DNA of 64,000 bases from Chrysomallon squamiferum (lineage: Eukaryota; Animalia; Mollusca), in the NCBI GenBank assembly GCA_012295275.1, contig CM022675.1, forward strand, positions 2,046,001-2,110,000. The letters are read 5' to 3'. Numbering within the stretch: the first letter of the stretch is position 1; each line of letters opens with the position of its first letter. A model generated the notes under the pieces. That model saw nothing but the letters and a program-made list of their open reading frames with translations, was not told where the DNA came from and ran no database searches. Both the position numbers and the translations under genes were made by a program. Positions 1-14,663 of this stretch are shown here, piece after piece.

Positions 1-246
1 CTGAAATGAAAAAAAAAGAAAGAAAAAATACATTATCTATTTAAATTATATATTTTAATACAATTTCTCTCTTTGGATAATATATTTGTCTATTGTATAT
101 AGTCAATGAAATTATCATGTTCTAATCCTATTTGACTATCTAAATTTAATAAATATATATGTTCCCTGTGTGAATTATCTATTTTCATATTTTCTTTATT
201 TAATTAACGTAAAATATTTCTATAAAGAAACATAGAACAACGTTAC

Positions 247-298
247 CTAGACCAGTGGAACAACCTAGAAATATCAGATACACGAATGATATCCACAT
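247..298 (-). CDS. Signal-peptide exon of a diverged paralogue that continues left of the window
   Basis: MWISFVYLIFLGCSTGL(G); same 52-nt length, same acceptor spacing and gtaac donor as 52089-52038. Confidence 0.8.
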
Positions 299-1779
299 CT
301 TTAATGTATACTGGAAAGAAAATTAGATAAATAAACAAATAATTAAATTAATTAATTAATTAATAATATTCAGCATCAGCCTTGATTGGAACCTGGACTC
401 AAATAAAAATATCGCGATATTCCAGTACGTCTATGTGATAAATATGATTAAACAAACGTGTTTATCGTTATAGTTAAAAACAGACAGAGAAAAAATCTAT
501 AAATAAATAAAACAAACTAAGATAAACTAATCGAGATTATAATAGAATATAAACAACAACAACAAGAACACAAAATCTATAAAAGTACATACATAAAATC
601 AGAAGCAGATACAGCACATTAGATAGGGAAACAGATACATATATAGATGCATACACTGATACAATGTATGTAGATAGGTACGCATGTACATTATTAAGTA
701 GAATCAGTATCGTCAACTACGATTAATATATATGTGTGTGTATGTCTGCGTGAGTGTCTGTTATATGTAGGTGCTTTAAAACAATTAAAGATGTGCTGTA
801 AAACAGTAGAGAACTAACAAAACGATTAACCGTTCTGAAATACGCCAGTGACTGTCTGTTAACATCTTAGTAATAATTTGTTTTATCTTAATTTGTATTT
901 GTTTTGTTTCTTTTCATGTAACATATCATCCAAAGCAAACGGTTACAAAATAAAGAGAAAATATTACATTGAATACATGTGTCATCAGAACACTCACACT
1001 AAAACTGTCACTAAATTTTGAATGTTTAATATCACTTAAATTCACATCCACTATGAGCTACAAACTAAAAGTTTTTTTTGATAACGTATTGATCAGCACC
1101 ATCTAAAAGGGAAGAGGGATATACTTATACCTCTATATACATACACACGTAAATACATACAAATATATGTGTGTGTTTGCGTGTGTGGATATAGAAAATA
1201 TATATACACACTCATCCACCCACCCACACACATACACACACACATACATACATACAAACATATATACAGAAACCTACACATATAAATACAACTTACACAA
1301 ATAAGAAATAGAACAAAAATTTAAATTAAAACAACAAAAAAAACAAATGTGTTAACCCTCGCAATGAACTAACAGGTACACACAAAATCTCGCGCGAAGG
1401 CAGTTGACAGTTTCGCAAACTGACCGGTTGCAAAAATGCATATTTCAGTTGTATGTAATAGCTGGTATGGATACTGCTGAAGTGATAAAACCGGGTTGCA
1501 GTGATAAGAATATAGAGGAATCCTTAAATCTTAATTGTGTAGCATTTTTGTGTGAAAGATAAAATAATTATTCTTGAAGGTAGTTTTTAAAATGATTTGT
1601 ATAAGTTTACAAATGTACATAGAGAAACACATATATTTATGTCTGTACAAATATATAGAAAGTATACAGAAGTATTTACTTACATAGTATACATACCAAT
1701 ATATTGAAAATGTGCACATATATTTATTGAAGTAGCAAACATAGAAATATGTAAAAATAGAAAGTGTACGCACAGACTG

Positions 1780-2300
1780 AGGTAGCATAGAAACAAACAC
1801 ATATTTTTAATGAAGTTATATACAAACAAACACACATATATTTTTAATGAAGTTACATATAAACAAACACATATATTATTAGTGAAGTTACATACACACA
1901 AACACACATATATTTTTAATGAAGTTACATATAAGCAAACAAACACATATATTTTTAATGAAGTTACATACACACACATATATTTTTAATGAATTTACAT
2001 ATAAACAAACACACATATATTTTTATGTAGTGACATACATTCAAACACACATATATTTTTAATGAAGTTACAGATAAACAAACACATATATATTTTTAAT
2101 GAAGTTACATACAAACAAACAAACATATTTTAATGAAGTTAGATATAAAGAAACACAGACATATCTTTAATGAATTTACATATAAACAAACACACATATA
2201 TTTTTTATGAAGTTTCATACATTCAAACACACACATATTCTTACTGCAGTTACGTACAAACAAACACACATATAATTTTAATGAAGTTACATAGAAAACA
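1780..2300. repeat. ~40-bp minisatellite (tatttttaatgaagttacatataaacaaacacac)
   Basis: About a dozen degenerate tandem copies. Confidence 0.85.
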
Positions 2301-2475
2301 ACAGATGTATCATACATACAAATACATAGGAATTTACTTACACATTTACTAAAATAGCTCAAAAATAAGAATATTTACGTATCGTACATACAGATTAAAA
2401 GAAAGTGTACACATATATTTTTGAAGTAGCATTCAAATAATTATATTTAAAGTGTACACATACATTTAGTGACGT

Positions 2476-2522
<47 letters not shown>

Positions 2523-2795
2523 ATAGAAAGGCGAGCTGAACCTACCTTGTTTATTGTAGCACTCATAGTAAACCGAGTTCCTGTGCTCTGTTTGGAAACA
2601 AATATAAAAGTGTCTATTAAAAACTTTTTACCCTATTTATGTGGTGAGGGGAAAAAAGAAGCTATTTCAATGCATCACTGATTTTAAATCACATGTGAAG
2701 CTCATCATACTTTTTTCTGTTTATTATTATTATTATTGTTATTATTATTATTATTATTATTAGTATTACTACTATTATTATTATTATTATTATTA

Positions 2796-2857
<62 letters not shown>

Positions 2858-3494
2858 TATTTATTTATTTTATTTTATTTATTTATTTTTTTTTTTTTTA
2901 TGTATTACTATTATTATTGTTACTTGTTTTTACTTAGCCACTGATCTTTAGACGTGGGTTCTGGTATATATACAGAGTTAACTGAAAATGTATACATATC
3001 ACGCTATCGTGTAAGCAGACTAAGTGTATTTATTTATGTAGTTGTTTAATTATTTGCTTATTTATTTGTGAGTTTGTTTATTTGATTCTTTATTTAGTTA
3101 TTTGTTTTCATTATTTATTTTTCTTGCTTGTTTAGTGGGTTTATTTTTTTACTTGTATAATTGTTTCTTTAATTACCTGTTTTAAAAAAGTAGACTGACA
3201 TCAATTGTTACAGCTACTACAGCTGTTATTGCTACAACTACTACTGTTACTAGTGCTTTTCAACTAGTAATATCACTACCATTGCTTTTACTACTACTGC
3301 GTTTCCAAGTACAGCATTTACAACTACTACTGTCACTATCACTATAACCACAGCTACTTGAAGTAATATTACTAGGATTATTACTACGACTACCAGTTTT
3401 ACTCTTCGCTACTGTTAACACAAATGATACTACTTCTGTTATTACTGTTACTGCTGTTGCATCGTTATTAATTACTGCAACAATCATTTCGAGT

Positions 3495-3895
3495 TCTAGA
3501 GCTACCACTAATACCAATACTACTACTTGTCATACTGCTAGTACTAGAGCTACCACTAATACCAATACTACTACTTGTCATACTGCTAGTACTAGAGTTA
3601 CCACTAATACCAATACTACTACCTGTCATACTGCTAGTACTAGAGTTACCACTAATACCAATACAACTACTTGTTATACTGCTAGTACTAGAGCTACCAC
3701 TAATACCAATACTACTACTTGTCATACTGCTAGTACTATGGCTAACTACTAATACCAATACAACTACTTGTCATACTGCTAGTACTAGAGTTATCACTAA
3801 TACCAATACTACTACTTGTCATACTGCTAGTACTAGAGCTACCACTAATACCTATACTACTACTTGTCACTCTGTTAGTACTATGGCTAACTACT
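3495..3895. repeat. 48-bp minisatellite (actagagctaccactaataccaatactactacttgtcatactgctagt)
   Basis: About 7-8 tandem copies; source of the Ser-rich ORFs. Confidence 0.85.
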
Positions 3896-4199
3896 AATGC
3901 TAATACTGAAACGAGGACTTCTACTTTTAATACTCTTACCAGTTCTACTGAAACAACCACTATACTGTTATCATTAATACGCCTATTACTACACAGTAAC
4001 AACATCGACAACTATTATTACTATTACCAGTATTTATTATTCTATTACTACTATTATATATTTACTTTTATTTACCGCATTTATTCTGTGACACCATATC
4101 CTTTTCTTTTTGAGAGTTAAACAATATTAACAGTAACAACAAAACTACTCGTACTACTACTACTGCTGCTACTACTAAATCTACTACTACTACAACTAC

Positions 4200-4259
<60 letters not shown>

Positions 4260-4889
4260 TAATAATAATAATATTTTAAAGACATTTTCTGCTTTCTCTA
4301 CAGATTGTGAGAGGTTGCATACGCTGCACTGAAATGTTTTCAAAAGAAATTACGATGTGAAATCAAGCATGACGTTATATGTTTTCTGATTTCTATACCG
4401 TAGAAAAGAAATGCACTAAGATGTATATTATATCTGCAGCTTTTAGGGTGTGACACAAAACTTGTATTTTCAGATAAATGGTGTGTATATGAAGAAATAA
4501 TAATATAAAAACGATAAATACACAAAACAAAATATTAATAAAAGTAAAAATAGTATTGAGGTAGGTGTGTCTATGTGTTAAAATAGATTGCAGTGTTTAC
4601 GATAATAATTTTCGAATCATGCAGCTGCTGGGACGGACACATACATTTAAAGTAAATTAAGCTACCGTCGTCAAAGAAATAAAATTATAAGAAAGATCAC
4701 TGGCTGTTAGACAAATTAAATAACTTACTTTTTATTAGTGTATACACCATTCATCTGACAAAAATGTAAATAAATATCTCGAGTAGTGCACCTGCAAGAA
4801 CGTTTACGAATATTTTATGCTAAATTAAAAAAAATTAAATTATAACAAATACTGATGGCTGATAGATACATTTAAAAACTATATTTTTT

Positions 4890-5100
4890 TATTTTGAATA
4901 GCGTATACACCATTTATCTGAGAACACAACTTTGTGTCACACCCTAACATTCGCAGATATAATATCTATCATAGAGTATTTAGTTTTTACTCTTTAGAAA
5001 TGAGAAAACATGTAATACCAAGCTTAATTTAACGTAATTTATTCTGAAAGTCTTTCAGTGCAGTGTCTGAAAAAACTTTGAATCTCTACAGAACGTATAT
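4890..5100 (+). repeat. Locally dispersed ~200-bp repeat (tatacaccattcatctga...gtgtcacaccctaac...cagtgcagtgtctgaaa)
   Basis: Related copies near 7330, 7660, 22330, 25125, 25815, 54990, 57785, 58475 and inverted at ~4290-4490; no clear TIRs or TSDs. Confidence 0.7.
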
Positions 5101-5330
5101 TATGTCATAAACTATTATTGTTATTATTATTATTATTATGATTGTTATTATTATTTAAAAAATAAATGATATTATATTTCAGAAAACTTGCTGTAAATAA
5201 AATTATAATAGAAAGTAAAAGCAGTAGCACTGGTAGCAGTCGTAGCACTGATACTAGTAGTATTAGCGTAGATAAATAAATATATATATATAGAAATAGA
5301 GAGAAGAGAGACAGAGAGAGAGAGAGAGAC

Positions 5331-5413
<83 letters not shown>

Positions 5414-6132
5414 CATATACACATATATACATACATACACACATACAAACACACATACATAATACATACGTGGATTATGTGTGTTACTGGCTTTTATCGT
5501 CCTGTGGCTGGTAAAATCGAGCAGAAAAAAAGAAAGAAAAAAAAGAAAAATAGATATTTGAAATTAAAATCGACTTTTATGTATTCAAGTTCAGTTTGAA
5601 AACACTTGGAGGTATCGCTCTACGTTACATGATTAAAACTACATCAGCTAAGATAACGCAAACATACAAACATAAAGAGGTATGAATGCAAGCATATACA
5701 CATCGACACAAGCATTTATAGTGAATATTTTGCCTTCAGGTGAGAATAGAGCTTTAAGAAAGGTAATCCATTCAGAGATAAAATGAAACTCGATTTCTTT
5801 TTTTGATTCCTAAATACATATATGAAACTAAAGTCGTAAAATATTTCATTCGTCTTTCAAAGCGATGTCGAAAAACACTCAGAATATGAATACATCAAAC
5901 ATCGCCATTAAACTATTAGTTGCTTTTACTTTAAGTGAGAGAGAAAAAAGTCTGACTAATATATATCACCATATATTCAGTGCACCGCAATGGGTAAATA
6001 ATGTAATGTCAGTGACTATAAATAAACATAAACAAAATGAAGAAAAAAAGATATACAGAGAAAAGCTAATAGTAGTAATAATACTGTTTCTTTTTTTTTT
6101 CTCTCTCTCTCTCTCTCTCTCTGCTCTCTCTC

Positions 6133-6223
<91 letters not shown>

Positions 6224-6824
6224 GTAAAGGATACATACATTTACTGAGTATACAGTAGATATACATTCCTTTAATCGTCCTATTGGTGATAGATGAATGA
6301 CAATAATGAAATAACACATTTTATTCACATTTAACGCTTCAGATATATTTGTGATATATCTCGTAACTCGGATTTTGGCTCGCAACTCAAAGCAAACGAT
6401 CGTAAGATGAGGCACTCATAAGTCGAGGTACCGGTGTAAATCCTATTTAAACTGTACTGTTTGGTTTTACGCTAAATTAAGACAAGACTGCAGAAATCAA
6501 GTGAAACATAACCTAAAACAATAACAGCATATTTACTTTATTGATATCTCCATAGGGACACTTTAAGAATAAACTAAACTAAACTGGACTAAAATAAAAA
6601 AAATTATAAAAAATACATTATTAAATTAAAATAATATAATATCATACAGTAGTAGCAACAACAACAGCAACCACAACATAAGAAACAATAAAATAACTCA
6701 AGTACTACTAAAACTGCAGATACGTATCTGTTACAGTGAAAATATATACACCTGCATTTACTGAAATCAGATGCATTCAAAGGCGTACAAACATATTAAT
6801 TGAAGTAAGTTTACGTGAACCTAC

Positions 6825-6920
6825 CTTCTTACTTGAGACACTCACAAAAGAATCTTTATCCTCCTTTACACAGAATAAAACATAAAACTGCATCTCATGA
6901 CGTGTTTAGCTGTATTTATA
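6825..6920 (-). promoter_or_regulatory. Paralogous TATA/Inr/first-exon module
   Basis: TATAAATA (6920-6913), gcAgtt at 6889 (same 31-nt spacing despite spacer substitutions), AAG|gtaggt donor after 6825. Confidence 0.55.
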
Positions 6921-7023
6921 TCGTAAGGACAAAGAAACCATCCTGTCCAATGAATAACTGCTTTTAACTATTGCATCATACATGATGTGCATTTATACGT
7001 AGCATAATAATAATAATAATAAC

Positions 7024-7073
<50 letters not shown>

Positions 7074-7872
7074 TAATATAAATAGTAATACTACTAATAA
7101 TAGTACTACTTGTACTACTAACACTATAACTACTACTGCTGCTACTACTACTACTGCTACTACTACTAATAATAAAAATAAAACAGTAATAATGATACAT
7201 TTGCATATGTAACGCCTCGAATTTGACTTGTAACCGTTGCTAACATCCAAAGGAAGAACAAAAAAATAAATGAAAAATAAAAAAACTGGCTGAGAGATAT
7301 ATCAAAGAACTAATTTTTTATTTTGAACAGCGTATACACCATTCATCTGACAATACAGATTTGTGTCACACCCTAACACCTGCAGATATAATATCTATCT
7401 CAGGACATTTCTTTTTTACTCTATGGAAATAAGAAAACATGTAACATATAGATTAAGTTAACATCGTCATTTATATCGCAGAATAAATGGCAAAACAAGT
7501 GTTCACGATATTCATTCTCACTTCTTGAGTACTGCACCTGTAACAATGTATCCGAATATTTTATGCTAAATTAAACTACTTTCGAGAAAAAAAAAAAGTA
7601 TGACAAATACTAATGTCTTATAGATATATTTTAAAACTAATTTTTTATTTTGAATAGCGTATACACCATTCATCTGAGAACACAAATTTGTGTCACAGCC
7701 TAACATTAGCAGATATAATATCTATCATAGAGCACTTAGTTGTTACTCTGTGGAAATCAGAAAATATGCAATATCAAGCTTAATTTAACTTCGTCCTTTA
7801 TTTTCAAAGTCATTCAGTGCAGTGTCTGAAAGCTCTCACAATCTGTGTAGTAGGTATATTATATCAATAAAA

Positions 7873-7903
<31 letters not shown>

Positions 7904-9514
7904 TTAACTTTGAAATTAACACATATGATAGTAAAATCAAAGTATACAGTAGCAGTGTTAGTACTAGAGGCAGATACAATAGTAGTGGAGTTATTAGTAA
8001 TAGTAGTTGCTGTTCTGGTGGCTATATGCACACTATTGACAACAGTACTGGCTATTTTAGTACTGCTGGTAAAAGTGTTTGGAGTTGAAGTCGTCATTTC
8101 AGTATTAGAATTAGTAGTTAGTCATAGTACTGGCAGTATGACAAATTGTAGGAGTAGGATTAGTGGTAGCTGTAGTATTCGAAACAATTGTTGCAGTAAA
8201 AATAACGAAGAAATAGCAACGCATACACAACCATTGAACCCTGTCCGTAGAGCAGTAGACGTGAGATGTCTCGAGGTAAAAATGTTTGTCTGACTCTAAC
8301 AAAAACTACAAGAATCGATGTGTTATTTATTATCTAAGCACAAATAGGAGACTTACTCTCGTAACACCTGGATGAGTTTAGGTAATCTTAGCAGGATGTT
8401 TTAGTCTGCTGTGTTAATATTTTCGTAAACACAGTTAAAAATATAACTGTAAAGTATCTTCTGCTTCTGTCTTAAAAACACAAAACATATATAAATAAAA
8501 TAAATTGAAACGAAGAAACAAAAAACTAATGGTAATACTAATACTAGTTCTACTTCTAATAATAACATAATATCTATATATATATATATATATAGAGGTG
8601 GAAAATGTTCTCAGAGATAGGTGTTTCTTTAACTTAGGAAGTTGGTCGTAACTTATGTACTAAGCTACGGATCGCAATTTAGTTTATACGTACTTGTAGT
8701 ATTCGCTGGCAGCTATTTTTTATTTACTTATTACAAGATTCTTTATTGGTGTACTATCAAGATACATTTTTTGAAAATGTATATACGAAACCCACTATTC
8801 TTGATATTACTATTGTAACACATTGTAACACATAATTGCAGATGAATTATTTTGTTTGATAGTTAAAACAGAAATGCTGAACTGTACTGTTTCAGAGTTA
8901 ACAATTGAATGTTGGAATGTTGTGTTTCAGAGTAAAAAATGAAATGTTTAAATATTGTGTGTTTCAGAGTTAAAAATTGAAATGTTGAAATGTTGTGCAT
9001 TTAAGAGTTAAAAACAAAATGTTGAAATGTTGTTTCAGAGTTAAAAACAGAATATTGAAATATAGTTTTTCAGATTTAAAAATGAAATGTTGAAATGTAC
9101 ATTTCAGAGTTAAAAACAAAATGTTGAAATGTTGTGTTGAAATGTTGTGAAAGACAAGTAATGTCAAAACAGAAATGATTACTGTTTGTAATGTTTCAAC
9201 ACAAAATGATAATTTTATGTTCAGACTATTGATAAGAAAAAAAATTGTGGCATTTGTAATTTTAATATTAATTAATGCAATGTTTCAGATATGATAACAT
9301 TTATATTATGTTTCAAATCATATGGTTACATTATTTTTTTAACAAAAATTGTTACATCTAGTTAATGTAATGTCATAGTAGAGCATTTCAACTAAAAATC
9401 ATTATTATTAATTGGTGTAATACTTGGATACTAATAAGGAATTTTTATTTAATACTATTTTTCAGCAGATAACAGAAACAGTATGTTTTTTTTTTTTATA
9501 ATGTAACATCAGAA

Positions 9515-9755
9515 TACTTTAACAAACTGTAGAAATGATGAAACTAATGTAATTGTACAACATTTTAACAAACTGTAGAACTGATGAAGCTAATGTACTT
9601 TTACAACATTGTAACAAACTGTAGAACTGATGAAGCTAATGTAATTTTACAACATTTTAACAAACTGTAGAACTGATGAAGCTAATGTAATTTTACAACA
9701 TTTTAACAAACTGTAGAACTGATGAAGCTAATGTAATTTTACAACATTTGAACAA
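9515..9755. repeat. 46-bp minisatellite; fewer copies at ~28320-28465 and ~60990-61130
   Basis: ttttaacaaactgtagaactgatgaagctaatgtaattttacaaca, about 5 copies. Confidence 0.85.
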
Positions 9756-11868
9756 CCTGGGTGAAGATTAGATTTTAGTGTCTGGAGTGTTACACAATTT
9801 CAAACACAGCAGTTTTTTTCATGCATATAACATAAGCCAAAGATGAAGAGCATTCCACATTTGTTTATCACTGATTGTTGTAACTCTGTTGTATCAAGAA
9901 ACTTTTTCTCTTTTAAATCTTTGATATAACTGTTGTAACAGTACACAGTGTCAGCTTGGAGGCTTACAATAATAAAACTTATATAATTTGTTCAGATTAT
10001 TTCAGCAAGTTGCCAAGTGTACACAAACTGAAGAAGCTGATTCCAGTATATATCTGTACAATTAAATTCTCTCAGTATAGTTTCTATGATTTCAGATTGT
10101 TTTTACTTAGCTTTGCTAATAACAAAATATAATTATAAAATAACAAACTTGAAAACAATCAGTGGCGCCTGACATATTCTCTTTTGTGGTGACATCAATT
10201 TTCAAACTGAATAATAAAACTGGATACTCACTGAAACCAGGAATATTCTCAGCTCTCATATATATATATTCTTTTAGATTAATAAATACTAACTGGCTTT
10301 GTCCAGATTGAATGTTGAGATTAATTGTAATAAAGAGAAACTTAACAAACTCTGTGACTCATACTCAGCTCTAATTCATGTTAGTCAGTTCAGAGATTTT
10401 TATTACCTTTTCTTTCTAATTATTACAGTTTTGAAATACTCACTTGCTGTCATCAGAATCGTACTGTATACAATCAAATAGATTTTTAAAGTTTTTATCT
10501 GTATAGATAACATAAACCAAGTATCGTTGATCTATAAGTTTTGTCATACATTTTAGATATATTAATAATAAAAGACTTTCAAAAACTATAAATATATGGG
10601 CTTTATTTATTTTATTTTTTTTTTCATTTTGTGAGATAAAGATGATGCAGATTATTATTTTTTTTGTATCTGGTGTCAGGATATGATGTGACTACAATCA
10701 TAAAAAAGCCAATTTTACAAACTCTACAAATTATACCAATATGTAGGCATGCAATAAAACTATATCATTCATTTTTATTTATTTATTATTTTAAATGTTT
10801 TCTTTTACAATTTCTTTTAAATTTACACTCCATTATAATTATAGGCAGGGTTTTCAGAAACTGCATATTTTACATTGAACTGTATGATATAAAATGTCAA
10901 ATGCAAATTTGAATATTTGTAAAATGCTGCATGTCCATTCATTAAATGTATATTTCTTTTAATTATGATTTGCATGTATAATGTATGTATGGTTTATTAT
11001 TATCATCAGCATGATAATATATGAAGTTATGCATGACGATCAGTATGTTGTATGTTGATATGTATATCTGTGTGTATGTCGATTATTTTATATGATTGTT
11101 AACATAGATAAAATAGATTTAAAATAAATAAAATATAAAACAAACATACAAAGAATAAATACATATTTCCTTCTGTGATGTTGAGAAAAATCAAAATATA
11201 AGCCAGTAATTGCTAAGAAAAACAAAAAAAAAAAATTATAATAAGAAAATAAATTAAAATGTATATTTATTATAATGACAAATAATGAAATTAAATAAAT
11301 GAATAAATCAGAGGAAAAATATCCAGGATATCACAGTTTAGTTATTTAATAACAAAAATAAAATAACTATACTTTTTTACTTGAAGTATTATTAGTTTTC
11401 ATATCAGGAAATTCTCAACGTTTGTCATCCAAGTTCTGCTAAGTCAACTATCACAGCCTGCTTGTCACCTGTCTACTTAAACTAGATATAACTTTTATAT
11501 TTAAATGTAGCCTGCATCACATTTTTATATAAACAAGACATTACATACCAGTTTTCTTCACAGTATTTGAATATGAAACTGATGAGCAGTAAGAAATATA
11601 GCAATTACAACACAATTGTCTAGTAGTTTTATTTTTGTATTATGTTTTTAAATTTTTTAATTTTACTGTGTAGCATTAATTAACAATGTATTTTATAATT
11701 TTTTTTTAATTTTTTTTTTGTTTTGTTTTGTTATTATTAGTATTTTCTTAGATATACAGTGCATCAGATATATACATCATTATAAGATATTTTTATGCCA
11801 GCCTGCACTTTTATATTTTATAGGCAGCACATATGAAAACAACAGATTATTATTATTACTACTACTAC

Positions 11869-11926
<58 letters not shown>

Positions 11927-11963
11927 TATATATTTATATTATTATTATTATTATTATTATTGT

Positions 11964-12000
<37 letters not shown>

Positions 12001-12804
12001 ATTATATTTATTTGTTTATTTATTTATTTACTTTATTTTATTATTTTTATTTATTTTATTATTGTTTGTTTCAGAATTTTACAATTCGGGAAAGAACTCC
12101 ATTAATACAGAGGTATTATAATGAAGTTTTAATAATTTCTGAAATTAGCAATGTCCTTTTCTAATAAACTGTGAAACCTGATTATATTAACATTTTATTT
12201 TTAAAATATCAGTAAAAGTATTTACATTAGTGTTAATATGGATGTTTCATCTGATATCAAGATTTGTTTCAAACTAGACTGGTACATGATGCTGTTAAGA
12301 AGAGTTGTTTACAGCTAGACTGGTACATAACAATGTTAACAAGCTTTTATTTTCACTTAGACTGGTATATACACTGTTCACAATATTTGTGTACAACTAG
12401 ACTGATACATACTACTATTAACATGTTTCATTCTTTATTCACAAGTGGACTGCTACATCTGACAGTTCTGGATGTATTATGTTAAACAATAATGTAAGTC
12501 AACTTGTTTGTGTCACTGCAGTGTAACTTATTCTCTGTTTCATATTTTCAGTATTCTTTTGTATAACTTTTTGAAATGAATATATTTACAAAAGTACTTA
12601 TGACTGTTTTTGTTATTCTTGTTGCACTTTTGATCGTTAGATAAGAGAAAGAAAAAAAGATCTGTATAATTTCACACATACAGTCCTTTTGAAAAACAGC
12701 AAAGCACAATATTGATAGAATATAAACATGCTTCACAATGCTAAATTAAATGACATCTTTATTTTCATATTTGACTATAACGTGACATTTTTATTTTATT
12801 TTAT

Positions 12805-12878
<74 letters not shown>

Positions 12879-14445
12879 TAAATAAAAACAAAAACCCTGT
12901 CTGATATGGATCCTTTCTCTGCAGGAGTTAGGATGATGAAGTGAAGTTGTCAGATAAGTGGTGTGTGCACTACACAGAGTAATACGTTAATTCTTGAGTA
13001 CATCTATCCACTCGTCATATTTCTTTGATTTCTTTGGAGAGAAAAGTTTAGAAAAGGTGCGTTAGTTCTTTCATCCACATCATATAGCTCTCTATTTTGT
13101 GTGAAAACAATCTGAGAGAGAAAAGTGAAGTTTAAAAACAATTTAACAAAAAATGAAAAAGGCTGAAGTAGTTTTGTTTAGAGCTGCATTAGACGTGGAC
13201 TGTGAGTTCTGGGTGGAGCACAGACAGATTTCATCTACTAGTAATTTTGTGCTTTGCTAAAATGTCCACTATTGTTTAATTTAACTTCATCACTCATAAT
13301 GACAGGATCTGTAAAGGAAAAAGTGTAGGCACAAACACAAACACCCATACACGCACACACACATGCACATACACACACACGCATACGCACACACAACAAC
13401 ATGACACAACAGAAACATTGTAGGAAGAAACGAAGTTATTTCCCTTTTTTTTTTTTTTGTCTAATTTCTCTTTGTAGAATAGAGATACTGGCTATAAATG
13501 ACACAAAGGTCAGGTAGAAGGAACGAAGCTGTCTCTTTCTTGTTTTTACTTTTCGGGACATTTTCATTAATTTCTATAATTCTGGCTGGTGAAAGAGAAT
13601 TACTGGCAATAAATATCACAGAATGATGAAATAAATCATATTTAAATGTTTGTACATAGTTAAAATGACCTACTACTACTGTTATTATTATTAAATTGTT
13701 TCTTGTCTTTTCCTGCTTGTTCTGTCTTTTTTCTCCTCTCTGATGTGTTTCTGAATGCACGCATTCGTTCACTGATGACATCTATACTGAAAAGTCTTCT
13801 GCAAGTGTGTTTTCATCCATTTCCATGAAGTGAAGCTTATTTTAGTGAATGGCAATATTTAATCATTAGACAATTATTGTTTGTACTAAATGAATTCAAA
13901 ATCAAAACTAAAAAAAAGAGAAAAGTGATAAATAGATTTTGTAAAATGAGCATGAACTGGTAACGGTATGGTAAAATGTGGGCAATCACTCTTCACATTA
14001 AATATTTCTAAGAATACTGACATTTCCCCTTAGATATTACCATCAAGATACAGAAGTGACTAGACAAGATGCACCAAGTTAAACGGATAGGACAGTACTG
14101 TGTGAGAAAACACAATAGAATCGCTGACAAATAGAGATTTCTTGCAGTCCGGATTTTCGACTGGTCGCGCTTTCACGCGATATCGTTTCTGCCAAACTGA
14201 ATGAACTCACAGCTGAAGATACAAAGAAAACACGAAGACTGGTTTAGAATTTCAATCATTTTTTGTATTATTAAAAGTAATTCAGAAGAAATATATTTCC
14301 ACCTTATAAAATAGCCGAGAACGGTTTAGGAACAGTTTCGAAATAGGAGAATGTACACTTAAGTCAAAACTTCAGAATGTATAAGTTCATCAACATAAAG
14401 TGAATATTTGTTATATTTATTTATTTTATAGTACATCGACATTAC

Positions 14446-14599
14446 CTGGCTTAATATCGTCAATTTTATCTGGCACCGTCGAGGTCAAATCTGAAAATAA
14501 TGAAACGAATTTTATAAATATGTTTGTCTTACTTGCAAAACGTTAAAAATGATAACTAACGTATTACAATTATGATGAAGATGATGGTGATAATAATAA

Positions 14600-14663
<64 letters not shown>

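Noticed and set aside
3260-4011. Ser/Thr-rich ORFs resembling mucin exons
   Set aside because: Produced by a 48-bp TAC-rich tandem repeat; stops in several frames and no splice-consistent link to the gene.
13461-13781. 106-aa ORF conserved with 32281-32601
   Set aside because: Conservation is explained by recent duplication; no recognisable motif.
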